A program made the position numbers and the translations under genes. This document shows, one piece after another, positions 49,399 through 60,261 of a stretch of DNA of 64,000 nt; the stretch's first letter is position 1; each line of letters opens with the position of its first letter. This stretch comes from Candidatus Omnitrophota bacterium (GTDB lineage: Bacteria; Omnitrophota; Gorgyraeia; Zapsychrales; Fredricksoniimonadaceae). Under the pieces are notes generated by a model. It was not told the DNA's origin, did not search any database, and was given only the letters and a program-made list of their open reading frames with translations. The stretch is from contig CAIOPG010000009.1 in NCBI GenBank assembly GCA_903860135.1, forward strand, positions 111,805 to 175,804. Reading direction: 5' to 3'.

Positions 49399-50815
49399 AT
49401 TTTTCAACCTGCCTGTGAAGGAGCCTCAATGTCCCGCGTTGGTACAACACGCACCACCCTTGCGACAGGAACGCGTCCACACGCCGTTGTTCGTCAATAG
49501 AATGATCCATCCAGGGATCATCGAGATCGATCAACGCATAGGCGACATCACGGGGAAGCTCAAAGAGGCGGCCCATGGCAAATTCAGTATTCCTGGCTAT
49601 CGCAAGATCCTGAAACTTTTTATTAAAGACCTTATAAAAAGGATATATTGATGCCCGTGATGATAACGGCACAAGGACATCAAAAGAAGCCACAACGCTT
49701 GCCGATGGAGGGATATTTTGAATAAGCGCCCAGCGATCGTGCACCTCCTTAGCATTCAAATACCCTATACGCCTCATTAACATTTTCTCATAACAGACGA
49801 TACCCAGCAAACACCCCGTTGTCACAACAGCCAATAAAGAAACATAAATAAGCCGGCCCAACCTGGCACGGACCCGCGCCAATGCATCAATGCCGGCAAT
49901 GAAAATAAAAGGTGTTAACGCAAATGCATAAAAATAAAATATCCGGTGTTCGGTAACATGGATGGAAAGGGTATGTTGCAGGAAAACCGGGATCCCCAGC
50001 CACAAAGGAACCGAAGGCAGAAAAGCAAGCCCGAAAAAGGGGCCTGAAAGCTCCTGCCAAAAGCGCCCGTTCTCGGCTGAGAAAAAATATTGCTGTAAAG
50101 CCTGGGGCGAAACAAAAAGATGTTTATACCTTAGCCAGGCTGAAACCCCCTCGCCGCCCCTGAAGTATTTGACAGAGATCATGGCCAGGGCCAGCGTCAA
50201 TAGCGCAAAAATAAGGATGCCCCACGTCCAGGCAAAAGAACGCCGCTGAAATAATCCATACACCCCGAAGGCCATAACAACCAGGATAAGATTTTCTTTT
50301 GTAAGGCAAAGACATACGGCCGCGATCCAGAAAAGACGGAGATCATCCTTGCGGTGCGCATAAAACATCATGAATATAAATAATGGCGCAAAACATTCGA
50401 AACTGAATTCGTACAGCATCGCAAAGCTGTTGGGAACAAAGAAAGAAAAAAGGATGGTCATGAGTAACGCCCCCTTGTCCCCCAACTTTTCCCGGGCTAT
50501 TAGATACAAGAAATACAGGCTCACGGCAAAAGCAGCCGCTTTAACATAAAGGAGCGTGAGCGGCGACGGGAACACAGCATAAAAAGGAAGGATCAAAAAA
50601 GCACCATAAGAGGCATGGTCGCCCAGGAAATTATACCCAAAGATAGAACTATACTGGTGCCCTTGGGTCAAATTCCAGAACGATTGATTAAAGAACGCAA
50701 AATCCCAGTTATCGAAACCAAGGTTGATATATTTATACGTCAGCGCACATGCCCACGCGAGAAAGACAACGGTCATCACCCAGAAAACAGGCGTCAGCTT
50801 CTTAACAACCATCAA
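49397..50815 (-). CDS. DUF2079-like membrane protein (GT-C-like)
   Basis: WDFAFFNQSFW, FLGDH, PSPLTLL, LTKE patterns; polytopic. Confidence 0.7.
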   Translation of the reverse strand: MMVVKKLTPVFWVMTVVFLAWACALTYKYINLGFDNWDFAFFNQSFWNLTQGHQYSSIFGYNFLGDHASYGAFLILPFYAVFPSPLTLLYVKAAAFAVSLYFLYLIAREKLGDKGALLMTILFSFFVPNSFAMLYEFSFECFAPLFIFMMFYAHRKDDLRLFWIAAVCLCLTKENLILVVMAFGVYGLFQRRSFAWTWGILIFALLTLALAMISVKYFRGGEGVSAWLRYKHLFVSPQALQQYFFSAENGRFWQELSGPFFGLAFLPSVPLWLGIPVFLQHTLSIHVTEHRIFYFYAFALTPFIFIAGIDALARVRARLGRLIYVSLLAVVTTGCLLGIVCYEKMLMRRIGYLNAKEVHDRWALIQNIPPSASVVASFDVLVPLSSRASIYPFYKVFNKKFQDLAIARNTEFAMGRLFELPRDVAYALIDLDDPWMDHSIDEQRRVDAFLSQGWCVLYQRGTLRLLHRQVEK

Positions 50816-52260
50816 GGCCTCTCCATGCGCGTTTCAGGCGCATACCTAAAGATCCATACTGCATTCCTGAATTGTTTGACCAGCACAAACCCCATTTTCT
50901 CAATATCAGCCCTCTTGCCCGCGTCAAACGGATACAGCCACGACGGCTGATGGAAGAACTCCCACCTGTCAACCACAAGATACGCCGTACCATTAGCTGT
51001 CCTGACGGGATGAAATTGATCCCTGGGCATAAGCACCGGGAATATACGGCCGCCATCTTCACTGAACGCGATCCCTGAACAATATTTCATTTGCCGGCGT
51101 GATCCTGAGAAAATAACATCCTGGGCAGATACATTTTTGCGTACCCAGTCCCCTGCCTCAAGGAATCCTGTGTACCCTGTGGACAAGGAAGACGCATCTT
51201 TATACCCAAAGAACGGAATGAACAAAAATAATCCGGCAACAAGAACAAAGCACTTGAGCACCCGGCGCCAATAAGGGTCATTAACCAGAAGGCCGGTTAC
51301 TTTCTTGATGCCCAAAGCGCTGACGATCGCCAGTAAAGGCACCACCGGCAGGGCATACCGGATATCTTTCTCTGCCGTCAATGACATGACACACAAAGGC
51401 ACGGCGATCATGCCATAAAAAAGAGTCCTGATACCAGCCGGATACCCTGGAAGAAAAAGAATACCTGCCGTAAAGAACCCGCCAACGATCAACCCGCCAA
51501 CGAGTATTTTAAAATTTAATAAATAATATAACGCCGATTGCTCAAAACAAACACCTGGGCCGCCATGAGACTTCAAAAAGAAAGCCAAAAATATAAAGAA
51601 AGGCACCAATGGCAGGCAGACGGCCGCACCCGTAAACCCCAACGCCTTCAGGCGGTCTATAAACCGAAACCCATTCAATCCAAATATGAAATACACACCC
51701 AGCACAGGAAGGACAAACAAAACCGCGTACCACTTGCAAATGATCACAAGGATAGCGGCAAGAATAGTCCACCCCAGGACTTTGCTATCCTTCAATTTAT
51801 TTGATGCATAAATATGAAGCAATGCTAAAGCAAAAAGAAGATAACAAACAGTTAACAAACCGTCGATGAGGATCAAACTGGCATGGTCATAATACACCAC
51901 ATTCAACGCAAGCAAAAGCATGGCCAATAACCCGCTGAAAAGGCCAAAGGCTCTTTTCCCAAGTTCAAAAACAAGCACTAGACCGGCAAGATTGATCAGG
52001 ATCGTCACCATGTGAAAACCAACGAGACCCGGCGACAAGCCATCACCGGCGGCGATGATCAAAGGGAAGAAAGGCAGGTGTCCGGATAGTGTGACCGCGC
52101 GCAATATGGTCTGAGGATCATTCAGGAACTGCTGCGCGATATAAGCGTACAACGCTTCATCGGGCCATAAGCGCTCGACAAATAAGGCCGGGATACGTGC
52201 CATCAAGGAAAGGCTGATGATGATAAGAAAAAAAACGGCAGATCCATAGCGAAGGAACAT
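50812..52260 (-). CDS. ArnT/PMT-family (GT39/83-like) glycosyltransferase
   Basis: LWPDEALY, HLPF, IDG, RYALP; AGGAG RBS before ATG 52260. Confidence 0.75.
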   Translation of the reverse strand: MFLRYGSAVFFLIIISLSLMARIPALFVERLWPDEALYAYIAQQFLNDPQTILRAVTLSGHLPFFPLIIAAGDGLSPGLVGFHMVTILINLAGLVLVFELGKRAFGLFSGLLAMLLLALNVVYYDHASLILIDGLLTVCYLLFALALLHIYASNKLKDSKVLGWTILAAILVIICKWYAVLFVLPVLGVYFIFGLNGFRFIDRLKALGFTGAAVCLPLVPFFIFLAFFLKSHGGPGVCFEQSALYYLLNFKILVGGLIVGGFFTAGILFLPGYPAGIRTLFYGMIAVPLCVMSLTAEKDIRYALPVVPLLAIVSALGIKKVTGLLVNDPYWRRVLKCFVLVAGLFLFIPFFGYKDASSLSTGYTGFLEAGDWVRKNVSAQDVIFSGSRRQMKYCSGIAFSEDGGRIFPVLMPRDQFHPVRTANGTAYLVVDRWEFFHQPSWLYPFDAGKRADIEKMGFVLVKQFRNAVWIFRYAPETRMERP

Positions 52261-52315
52261 CAATACTCCTGTTGCGGATCCAACACCAGCCGGATCATCA
52301 CCCTCGACACAGGTA

Positions 52316-52669
52316 TTACTCTTTGGTCTCAACAAGAGCGCTGGCAACCGCATAGAATTTTGAATGAGAAATGGATAAGTGAACAACATAACCCTCGGGC
52401 AGGCCCTTAACACAACAAACCGGTTTACCGCTGGTCTCGTTGATGATCGTCATATCTTTCCAGTTCACATCCTTACGCCCAAGGGCCTTATAAACAGCCT
52501 CTTTCGCCGCAAAGCGCCCGGCGTAATGCGGATAAGGCACAACATGTGACTGCGCATAAGCGATCTCTCCCGGATTAAAAACCCGTTCCAGAAAACGCTC
52601 ACCCCAGCTATCCACCGCCGAACGGATCCGCCCGATCTCGATGACATCAATGCCTGTTCCGATGATCAT
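52316..52669 (-). CDS. acpS: Holo-ACP synthase
   Basis: MIIGTGIDVIEIGRI, AGRFAAKEAVYKALG, HLSISHS; ATGA overlap with pdxJ. Confidence 0.95.
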   Translation of the reverse strand: MIIGTGIDVIEIGRIRSAVDSWGERFLERVFNPGEIAYAQSHVVPYPHYAGRFAAKEAVYKALGRKDVNWKDMTIINETSGKPVCCVKGLPEGYVVHLSISHSKFYAVASALVETKE

Positions 52670-53388
52670 GCACGCTCCTGCGCGAGCAGGCGCATCTCTT
52701 TGACCGCACGTTCCAGCCCGACAAAAATAGCATACGCCATGATGGAATGACCGATGTTGAGTTCGTGCATGGCAGGGATACGCGCCACAGGCGATGTGTT
52801 CTGATAATCCAACCCATGCCCGGCATTGACCACAAGCCCGTGGCGGTGCGCATAAGCCGTCATGCCCACAAGTTTCTTTAATTCGCGTGCTTGCGCCGCA
52901 GGTGTACGCGCCAGGGCATAACACCCGGTATGCAGCTCAATGGCACCGACCCCCAGCTCAATAGCCTTGTCGATCTGAGCCTTGTCAGGCGCAATAAAAA
53001 GGCTGATGGCTATCCCCTTGTCCCCGAGGCGCGCGCACGCCGCCTTGAGCCGGCGAAACCCGCCGATCACATCAAGCCCGCCCTCGGTCGTTAATTCCAG
53101 GCGCCGCTCAGGCACCAGTGTAACCTGAACAGGCCTGACACGGCAAGCCAGGTCAACAACCCCTGGAGCGATGGACATTTCCAGGTTAAACCGGATCGAA
53201 AGTTCCTTCTTGAGACGGACAACATCCTTATCCTGAATGTGGCGCCGGTCTTCCCTGAGATGGGCAACGATCGAATCAGCCCCGGCTTTTTCACATACCA
53301 GCGCAGCCTTTACCGGATCCGGATCAAAACCTCGCCGGGCCTGGCGTAAGGTGGCAACGTGATCAATATTAACTCCAAGGATCGGCAT
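52666..53388 (-). CDS. pdxJ: Pyridoxine 5'-phosphate synthase
   Basis: LGVNIDHVATLRQAR, HLREDRRHI, TTEGGLD, NAGHGL, ELNIGH. Confidence 0.97.
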   Translation of the reverse strand: MPILGVNIDHVATLRQARRGFDPDPVKAALVCEKAGADSIVAHLREDRRHIQDKDVVRLKKELSIRFNLEMSIAPGVVDLACRVRPVQVTLVPERRLELTTEGGLDVIGGFRRLKAACARLGDKGIAISLFIAPDKAQIDKAIELGVGAIELHTGCYALARTPAAQARELKKLVGMTAYAHRHGLVVNAGHGLDYQNTSPVARIPAMHELNIGHSIMAYAIFVGLERAVKEMRLLAQERA

Positions 53389-53394
53389 AGCTCC

Positions 53395-53493
53395 CTACCT
53401 TAAAACTTCGCCATGCACATAGATCCATGTGATGACCGCAAGCCCCAATGCAATGATCTTTAACGATATATTCTTAGTCAAAGAAAGTTTCAT
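53395..53493 (-). CDS. Minimal CdaR/YbbR-like membrane peptide (32 aa)
   Basis: Manual translation MKLSLTKNISLKIIALGLAVITWIYVHGEVLR; ATGA overlap with cdaA, AGGAG RBS; resembles the CdaR N-terminal TM helix. Confidence 0.7.
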   Translation of the reverse strand: MKLSLTKNISLKIIALGLAVITWIYVHGEVLR

Positions 53494-54263
53494 TTTCTCT
53501 CCTTTACATGCGTGATCAATAAATCTTTAAGAATATCCTGCAAGCGCTCGATGCCGGTAACCGGGATGAATTTGCCATCACACGCCACCGACATTTCTCC
53601 GGTCTCCTCCGAAACAAGGACAACCACCGCATCGGTGTGTTCCGTAAGCCCGAGTGCCGCCCGGTGACGGGTACCAATAATCTTGCTCAGATTTTGATTA
53701 TCAGTTAATGGAAAAAGACAGGCCGCCGCCGCAAAACGCTGACCGCAAATAACAACGCCCCCGTCGTGGATCGGAGACTCATGCTTAAAGACAGCCTGTA
53801 TCAACTCGGCGGTGACAAGCCCGTCGACCTGAACGCCGCTCTCCACATATGTCGTCAGCTTTGTTTCCCGTTCAATGGCAATGATAGCCCCGGTCTTTTT
53901 CTCCGACAACTTAAAGACAGCGTCAGAAAGCTCCTGAATGACCGCCAAGACTTCCGACTCGCCAACAAAAAGATTGAAAAACCGCCCGCGGCCAAGGCGC
54001 GCAAGGCCGTGCCGGATTTCCTGCTGAAAAAGAATAACCATCGCCAAAATAGAAATGGCGAAAAACTGCCGGAGCAACCAATTAAGCGTATGAAATTCCA
54101 AAAGCTGGGCGGCAAGGAAAAGGATAGCCAGATAGGTGATGCCTTTGAGCACCTGAAAAGCGCGTGTGCCTTGAAAAAATAAAAGGATGCGATAAAAGAT
54201 CAGCCAGAGGATCATGATCTCCAAGAGGGGTTTAATGGTAGACCAGAACTGTAATAGATTCAT
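53490..54263 (-). CDS. cdaA: Diadenylate cyclase CdaA
   Basis: Three N-terminal TMs, GTRA, FQQEIR, HDGG, GTRHRAALG, VSEETG. Confidence 0.93.
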   Translation of the reverse strand: MNLLQFWSTIKPLLEIMILWLIFYRILLFFQGTRAFQVLKGITYLAILFLAAQLLEFHTLNWLLRQFFAISILAMVILFQQEIRHGLARLGRGRFFNLFVGESEVLAVIQELSDAVFKLSEKKTGAIIAIERETKLTTYVESGVQVDGLVTAELIQAVFKHESPIHDGGVVICGQRFAAAACLFPLTDNQNLSKIIGTRHRAALGLTEHTDAVVVLVSEETGEMSVACDGKFIPVTGIERLQDILKDLLITHVKERK

Positions 54264-54283
54264 GCCGCCTCTTTCTTTCTGAT

Positions 54284-55159
54284 TTACGCCGCGCGAATAG
54301 CATCGGCCATGAGCGCGGCCTGTTTCATCACCTTGACATCATGTACGCGCATAATATGCGCCCCTGACATAACAGCCGTTGCGACAGTAACAACCGTCCC
54401 GACAAGCCTTCGCTTCTCAGCCACACCAAGGACTTTTCCGATAAATGATTTGCGCGATGTCCCGACAAGCACAGGATACCCGCACGAAAGAAATTCATCG
54501 AGGCGTCGCAGGATCTCCAGGTTTTGCTCCGGCACCTTTGAAAAGCCAATGCCTGGATCCAGCACAATATGATCTTTTGTAATACCGGCAACCAAACATT
54601 GTTCGAGTGCCAGCTCAAGTTCCGCCTTCACTTCTTTCACAACATCCCGGTAATGCGTCTTGCCGGGTAACTGCATGGTCCTGGAGGTGCCGCGCCTGTG
54701 CATCAATACCAGACCCGCTCCAGACTCGGCGACCAACGCCAGAAGTCTGCGGTCAGCCGGCGTCCCCTGGATCAGATTGACAATCGATGCACCAGCCTTC
54801 AAGGCTTCACGTGCCACACCAACAGATGCCGTATCTACGGACACAGGCACAGGCACTGTGGCCACCAGCGCCTTGATCAGCGGAACAACGCGTTGCGCCT
54901 CTTCTTTACACCCTGGAGGCGTCGATCCAGGACGCGAGGAAGCCCCGCCAATGTCCAGGATATCCGCGCCAGCCCGGATCAGTTTCAAGGCATACGCCAT
55001 GCCGGGAATTTTTTCCTGTTTTCCGCCGGCCAATACCCCGTCGCCGCTGAAAGAGTCCGGCGTTACATTAACAATCCCCATGACCAGGGTGCGCCCCCCA
55101 AGCTCAAGGCTATAATCCCGCGCCTTCCAGATAAACTTCCGGCACACGGGCGACGCCAT
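54284..55159 (-). CDS. folP: Dihydropteroate synthase
   Basis: MGIVNVTPDSFS, SSRPG, SVDT, DPGIGF, SRKSFIG, RVHDV. Confidence 0.95.
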   Translation of the reverse strand: MASPVCRKFIWKARDYSLELGGRTLVMGIVNVTPDSFSGDGVLAGGKQEKIPGMAYALKLIRAGADILDIGGASSRPGSTPPGCKEEAQRVVPLIKALVATVPVPVSVDTASVGVAREALKAGASIVNLIQGTPADRRLLALVAESGAGLVLMHRRGTSRTMQLPGKTHYRDVVKEVKAELELALEQCLVAGITKDHIVLDPGIGFSKVPEQNLEILRRLDEFLSCGYPVLVGTSRKSFIGKVLGVAEKRRLVGTVVTVATAVMSGAHIMRVHDVKVMKQAALMADAIRAA

Positions 55160-55163
55160 ATAA

Positions 55164-57086
55164 TCAGACGCCCTGGGCAGGCGGTACGTCGACCACCGCC
55201 ACCGGCATGCCAAGGATCAAACGCGCCTCATCAATATCGATCACTTCTTTTTCGATCAGATGATTGGCAATAATATCCAGTTTGGCGCGATACGCTGTAA
55301 TAAGATTCTTGGCGCGTTGATACGCCGCATCAACGAGCTTTTGCACCTCATCGTCGATCTGCTGGGCCGTTGATGCCCCATAATCCTTTTCTTCAAAGAT
55401 ATCCCGCCCCAGGAAAGCCGGATGGGTACTGCGCCCGTAAGCCCGTTTGCCCAGCGCATCATTCATCCCGAAAGAACAAACCATACTGCGCGCCAGCGAA
55501 GAAACCTTTTCAAGGTCGTTGGATACCCCTGTTGTCGAATCATTCATAAACGTCTGCTCACCCACAAGACCGCCCAGCAATACGGTCATCTGTCCGAACA
55601 GTTCTTTCTTGGTGTAATAATGCTTGTCTTCCGTCGGAGGAGTAAGCGTATAGCCGCCGGCCATCCCGCGCGGGATGATCGAAACCTTGGAAAATGTATC
55701 TACCTCATCAATGAGAAGGCTGAGCATGGCATGTCCTGCCTCATGGTAAGCGGTCATCTCTTTCTCTTTGCGGGAGGTAGTATGGGACTTTTTCTCGGGC
55801 CCCAGGGTCACGCGTTCCACTGCAGCGAGGAATTCGGCAATACCCACTGTCTCTCTATTCCGACGCGCCGCCAGCAGGGCCGCTTCATTACAAACATTGG
55901 CCAGGTCAGCCCCCGAGAAATAAACGGTCTGCCGGGCAATGCGGCGCAAATCCACATCAGGATCTGTCTTGATATTGCGGGAATGGACCTTCAGGATACC
56001 TTCACGCCCGTTGATGTCAGGCAATCCGACAACAACACGACGGTCAAACCGGCCAGGCCGTAAAAGCGCCGGATCGAGTGTGTCCGGGCGATTGGTGGCC
56101 GCCATGACAATAAGGCCGCTGGGCGCATTAAAACCGTCCATCTCGACCAGGAGCGCATTCAAGGTCTGCTCGCGCTCGTCGTTGCCACCGCCGATGCCCG
56201 CAAAACGCTGGCGGCCGACAGCATCAATTTCATCAATAAAAATAATACAGCCCTTGCCTAAGACACGCGATGCCTTGCGCGCCTGCTCAAAGAGGTCGCG
56301 CACGCGTGAAGCGCCAACGCCCACGAACATTTCAACAAAGTCAGATCCGCTCAGCGAAAAGAACGGCACATCAGCCTCACCGGCGACGGCCTTGGCCAAC
56401 AGCGTTTTGCCTGTTCCTGGCGGTCCTACCAAAAGCACCCCTTTGGGGATTTTCCCCCCCAGGCGTTCGAATTTCTTGGGCTCTTTCAGGAATTCAATGA
56501 TCTCCTGGAGTTCTTCTTTGGCCTCATCGACACCGGCAACATCAGCAAAAGTTATTTTGTTCTGCCCCTTTTCCGTCACCTTGGCGCGGGATTTCCCGAA
56601 AGACCATATCTTGTTGCCCATCTCCGCTCCGCGGCGGCCGACGAACCATATAAAGAAAATGATCAAGAAGACAGGGACAAATGAAAAGAACGCCTGGCTC
56701 CAGAATGTTTCCAGCGGCTGGACGGACAAGTCGGAAATATTTTCACGCATCGCCGCAAGGAGATCCTTATCATCCGCCGGAATATTGAGACGGAACTCGG
56801 AATTATCCTTGAACGTACCCCGGACAACATTTTCAGGTCCTTCCGAAAGCGTGGCCTTCCTGATCGTGCGTGTTTCTTTATTCAACTTCACCATCTCGTA
56901 AAACTGGCTGTACGAAACTTTGGACGCCGGTTTCCCGCTGGTGGTCGACTGATTGGCAATGATGAGAAAAATGGCGGCGATAATGAGCCAGAAAAGCCAA
57001 ACGCCACTGCCATCTTTATTATTGGTTGGCCGGGGAAGCTTGGGACCGGGAGATTTTTTGGGTGTTGCTGACTTCTGAACTGCCAT
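55164..57086 (-). CDS. ftsH: ATP-dependent zinc metalloprotease FtsH
   Basis: [30 protein letters not shown]. Confidence 0.97.
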   Translation of the reverse strand: MAVQKSATPKKSPGPKLPRPTNNKDGSGVWLFWLIIAAIFLIIANQSTTSGKPASKVSYSQFYEMVKLNKETRTIRKATLSEGPENVVRGTFKDNSEFRLNIPADDKDLLAAMRENISDLSVQPLETFWSQAFFSFVPVFLIIFFIWFVGRRGAEMGNKIWSFGKSRAKVTEKGQNKITFADVAGVDEAKEELQEIIEFLKEPKKFERLGGKIPKGVLLVGPPGTGKTLLAKAVAGEADVPFFSLSGSDFVEMFVGVGASRVRDLFEQARKASRVLGKGCIIFIDEIDAVGRQRFAGIGGGNDEREQTLNALLVEMDGFNAPSGLIVMAATNRPDTLDPALLRPGRFDRRVVVGLPDINGREGILKVHSRNIKTDPDVDLRRIARQTVYFSGADLANVCNEAALLAARRNRETVGIAEFLAAVERVTLGPEKKSHTTSRKEKEMTAYHEAGHAMLSLLIDEVDTFSKVSIIPRGMAGGYTLTPPTEDKHYYTKKELFGQMTVLLGGLVGEQTFMNDSTTGVSNDLEKVSSLARSMVCSFGMNDALGKRAYGRSTHPAFLGRDIFEEKDYGASTAQQIDDEVQKLVDAAYQRAKNLITAYRAKLDIIANHLIEKEVIDIDEARLILGMPVAVVDVPPAQGV

Positions 57087-57140
57087 AGCGCGACTCCTGA
57101 TAAATTTTTTAAATTATTTTATACATTTTAATGGTTAAGC

Positions 57141-58157
57141 TCAAGAAAGAGTTATAAATTTATCCGTCACCGCCCCGCGCAGTCCCAGGGGCAACGATAA
57201 GACTGTTTTCACTCCTTCTAATCCGGCACGTTCAAGCACTTCCACATGCTTGCAAGCCAAAGCACCGGCCAAGGCACCGTTCATCCGCGCCACACCTTCA
57301 CGCAACACCATACGGCGCATGGAAGAAGAAAGGGCACACCACGCGGCACGGGTGATCACGGCCTTCGCCGCATACATCCGCATCACCTGTGGCAGGACCT
57401 TTTGAAGTTCATCATCGATAAACTCATGGTCAAGTGCCGCATTGACAGCCAGTTCAGCCAGCTTGTTCTTAATGGCCGGGCTAAACTCCTTAGAAATGTA
57501 CGGGATAAGTTTATGCCTGATCCGGTTACGCAGGAAATCATCGCCGGCATTGGTCGGATCCTCTCTGTACAAAAGACCCTGTTCAGCGATAAATCTTTCA
57601 ACTTCGGCACGCGTCATATCGAGCATCGGACGCACGAACACCGTCCCCGCGATGATCCGCCGCGGCAAGATCGCCCTTAACCCGGACAAGCCTGTGCCGC
57701 GCAACAGGCGCATCAAAACCGTTTCCGCTAGATCATCTTGGGTATGCGCCAGCACCACCGCATCAGCAAAAACTAAACGGGCTTTCCTGACAAAGAAATC
57801 AAACCGCCGCTGACGCGCAAAATCCTCGGTTGAAACTCCCGCCGGCTTTTTCAGTTTATTCCGTTCCCAGACACAATCCAAGGCAAGCCCGGCACATACC
57901 TTACGGACAAACGCACAATCCCTGGCCGATCCCGGGCGCAAGGCATGGTCATAATGTGCCACGGTCAGATGAAGGGCCAGGTCATGCCGCAAAGCATATA
58001 GAAGATGCAACAGCGCCACAGAATCAGCACCGCCGGAAACACCCACCAGAATCTTCGCTCCATGAGGGATCAACCGCTGACGAACCACCATGTCACGCCA
58101 GCGAACAAGGACAACAGCCCCGGGGATGTCGCGCCTTGAAACTTTACCGCTCACCAC
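57141..58157 (-). CDS. tilS: tRNA(Ile)-lysidine synthetase
   Basis: VSGGADSVAL, HALR, AHTQDDLAET, RNRIR; canonical position upstream of ftsH. Confidence 0.93.
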   Translation of the reverse strand: MVSGKVSRRDIPGAVVLVRWRDMVVRQRLIPHGAKILVGVSGGADSVALLHLLYALRHDLALHLTVAHYDHALRPGSARDCAFVRKVCAGLALDCVWERNKLKKPAGVSTEDFARQRRFDFFVRKARLVFADAVVLAHTQDDLAETVLMRLLRGTGLSGLRAILPRRIIAGTVFVRPMLDMTRAEVERFIAEQGLLYREDPTNAGDDFLRNRIRHKLIPYISKEFSPAIKNKLAELAVNAALDHEFIDDELQKVLPQVMRMYAAKAVITRAAWCALSSSMRRMVLREGVARMNGALAGALACKHVEVLERAGLEGVKTVLSLPLGLRGAVTDKFITLS

Positions 58158-58687
58158 TCCCCCTGCAGGCCACGCATTTCATGCCGGGCTTCCTGATAAG
58201 CTTCACGCAGTTTGTCTGCATATTTCATGTTGGGCGGCGTTAATTTCAATGCCGCGTAACCCGCGCGTACCAGTTCCGCATTTAAAAGTCTTCCGTCAGG
58301 CAAGATCACATACGCCAACAGTGATCCATCATTAGCCCGACGCTGCGTATCAAACTCCAGGTGAACCATGCGTCCTTCGCACAACCCTCGCGTAGAACGG
58401 ATGGCTTCATCCTCGAAAGGGACAACTGGATTATCATCCGAGATAATAAACCCGTGCTCATCGCGCCGGACATCTTTCATGCGCGGCGACCGCGCTCCCT
58501 GAATCCCGATCAGCGTGACTTTATCGCCGTTCTCCATCAAAAGAAAATCAACCGCCAGTGCCCGCTCCACACGGATATCCCGGTATTTTACCGACGATTC
58601 CAATAACGGATTTAAACTTTGCGCTTGCGCCCCAATCGGGATAATCATTGCCGACAACACTAAAAAAAATATAATCTTCTTTATCAC
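58151..58687 (-). CDS. Secreted thermonuclease (SNase)-like protein with degenerate active site
   Basis: Signal peptide; LLAYV..GRLLNAELVRAGYA..PPN..Y..L..A..EAR..RGL SNase pattern. Confidence 0.75.
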   Translation of the reverse strand: MIKKIIFFLVLSAMIIPIGAQAQSLNPLLESSVKYRDIRVERALAVDFLLMENGDKVTLIGIQGARSPRMKDVRRDEHGFIISDDNPVVPFEDEAIRSTRGLCEGRMVHLEFDTQRRANDGSLLAYVILPDGRLLNAELVRAGYAALKLTPPNMKYADKLREAYQEARHEMRGLQGEW

Positions 58688-58726
58688 GTGATGGCCTCTC
58701 TAGATTAGGCTTCATAATACCATAAT

Positions 58727-60187
58727 TTATGGGAAAACTTGAAATATTGAATACTGAGCATTCGTCCAGATGATCCTGAAGCGCTCGGGAACCAATGAAA
58801 TCGATCTAAAAACAATATCCGAAAAATTATTGCCTAAAATAATATATCGGACATTAAACCCTCTGATCCTGTCATCCAAATCATAAGGATTACCATTCAT
58901 AACATAAGTTGATTTCTTCCCGGTCATCAATTTAAAAAGCCTCGGCTTGGCAAACATCACTACCTCATCTGACGCCACATGCTCCCGGACCCAGGCGAAC
59001 ATTTCCTGATTTTCCCGATAGAACAATACATCATCATTAAAATTATAGTTAAGCGCGATATCGAAACAATTCAGGGATAAAACCACCGCAAAAACAATAT
59101 TGGCCAAAAGCATCCGTTGCCCGAACAATCGATTCGAAATAGTTTTAATAAAATGGAAAGAATAGAATATCGCAAAGACATAAACCGGCAAAAGCACCCG
59201 CGCAAAAGCAGCCGGCGGTTGAGGGAAGAAAGCCCATGTATACACCAAAGCTAAATACACGGCCAAGAACAATCCCGTGAATGAAATGGATCGAGCCGCT
59301 ATTTTCCTGATAAGAAAGATAATCACAATGAACGGAAGCAAATAACCGGCAACATTCAATCCACCTGCTAAATAATGATTAAAGGTGAATGTCATCACCG
59401 TATGCTCCGGCACAAAGACCCATAACAAAGCTTTCAGGGTCAATGGCGCCTGATGCACAACCTGTTTAACAGTAACCCATGGATCCTGGGATATTTGATG
59501 CCAGTAGCCTGCGGCTGTTCCTAACAATAGATGTTGAACAACAGTTGTTACGGCAAGAACAATGCCAATGAAAAAAGCCTTCCTGTTCTCTTTCCTCAAT
59601 AATAGATGAGCCACGGCGGCAACAAATAGTGCTAATCCCGCCGATCTCGCCAGATAAGCAAGGACAGCGAAACCTGTGAAAAGATAAAAATATTTATCCC
59701 TGTGATCTTTCTGAAAATACTCATAAAAAATAACCGCGTATAAAACCAATCCCGTAAATAGAATATCTGATAAAACATTTTGTTTGAAAATAAAGAAAAA
59801 AGAAGACCACGCGAGCAAGACCATATATCTAAAAACATGTTCATCCTTCTTCAACGTAAAGAAAATATACGTCCCCGCGACAATGGCGCCCCAGAACAAA
59901 ACATTGATCGCTTTTAAAATAACAAAATTCATGCCGAAGAAATACAGCAGAGGGCTCAATATCAAAGGATAGAGCGGCGGCCAGATAACATTATAATCAA
60001 CAAGAATGCCATCAATGATGCCGGCTGTATAATGCCGGCCGGATATCAAATTCTGGGCATGAAGTATATACATGGCAAAATCATCACCCCAGTTATGCCC
60101 GTTCTTCAAGGTTAAAAGATTGATAAGGAAAGGCAATGCTATCAGCAAGCACTTGAAGATAAGGTGACGACTGTCCATGTTTTTCAT
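58727..60187 (-). CDS. GT-C-like polytopic membrane protein
   Basis: WGDDFAMYILHA, WPPLYP, VLSD, R..LP patterns. Confidence 0.6.
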   Translation of the reverse strand: MKNMDSRHLIFKCLLIALPFLINLLTLKNGHNWGDDFAMYILHAQNLISGRHYTAGIIDGILVDYNVIWPPLYPLILSPLLYFFGMNFVILKAINVLFWGAIVAGTYIFFTLKKDEHVFRYMVLLAWSSFFFIFKQNVLSDILFTGLVLYAVIFYEYFQKDHRDKYFYLFTGFAVLAYLARSAGLALFVAAVAHLLLRKENRKAFFIGIVLAVTTVVQHLLLGTAAGYWHQISQDPWVTVKQVVHQAPLTLKALLWVFVPEHTVMTFTFNHYLAGGLNVAGYLLPFIVIIFLIRKIAARSISFTGLFLAVYLALVYTWAFFPQPPAAFARVLLPVYVFAIFYSFHFIKTISNRLFGQRMLLANIVFAVVLSLNCFDIALNYNFNDDVLFYRENQEMFAWVREHVASDEVVMFAKPRLFKLMTGKKSTYVMNGNPYDLDDRIRGFNVRYIILGNNFSDIVFRSISLVPERFRIIWTNAQYSIFQVFP

Positions 60188-60195
60188 CGATATTT

Positions 60196-60233
60196 ATTAA
60201 ACCCGGATTGTGCCCTGGCCGTCTTTCATCGAC
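60196..60233. repeat. 38-bp element, copy A
   Basis: ATTAAACCCGGATTGTGCCCTGGCCGTCTTTCATCGAC; 33/38 identical to 62734-62771. Confidence 0.8.
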
Positions 60234-60261
60234 GAAACCATTTGCACGAAAATATGCGTTG

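Noticed and set aside
52264-52314. Possible RBS-sequestering hairpin before the ArnT-like gene
   Set aside because: Stems of only about 5 bp and no match to a riboswitch I recognise.
55939-56901. 320-aa plus-strand ORF and many similar antisense ORFs in the track
   Set aside because: Shadow frames opposite well-supported genes (ftsH, secA-like, recN, aas) with no recognisable motifs.
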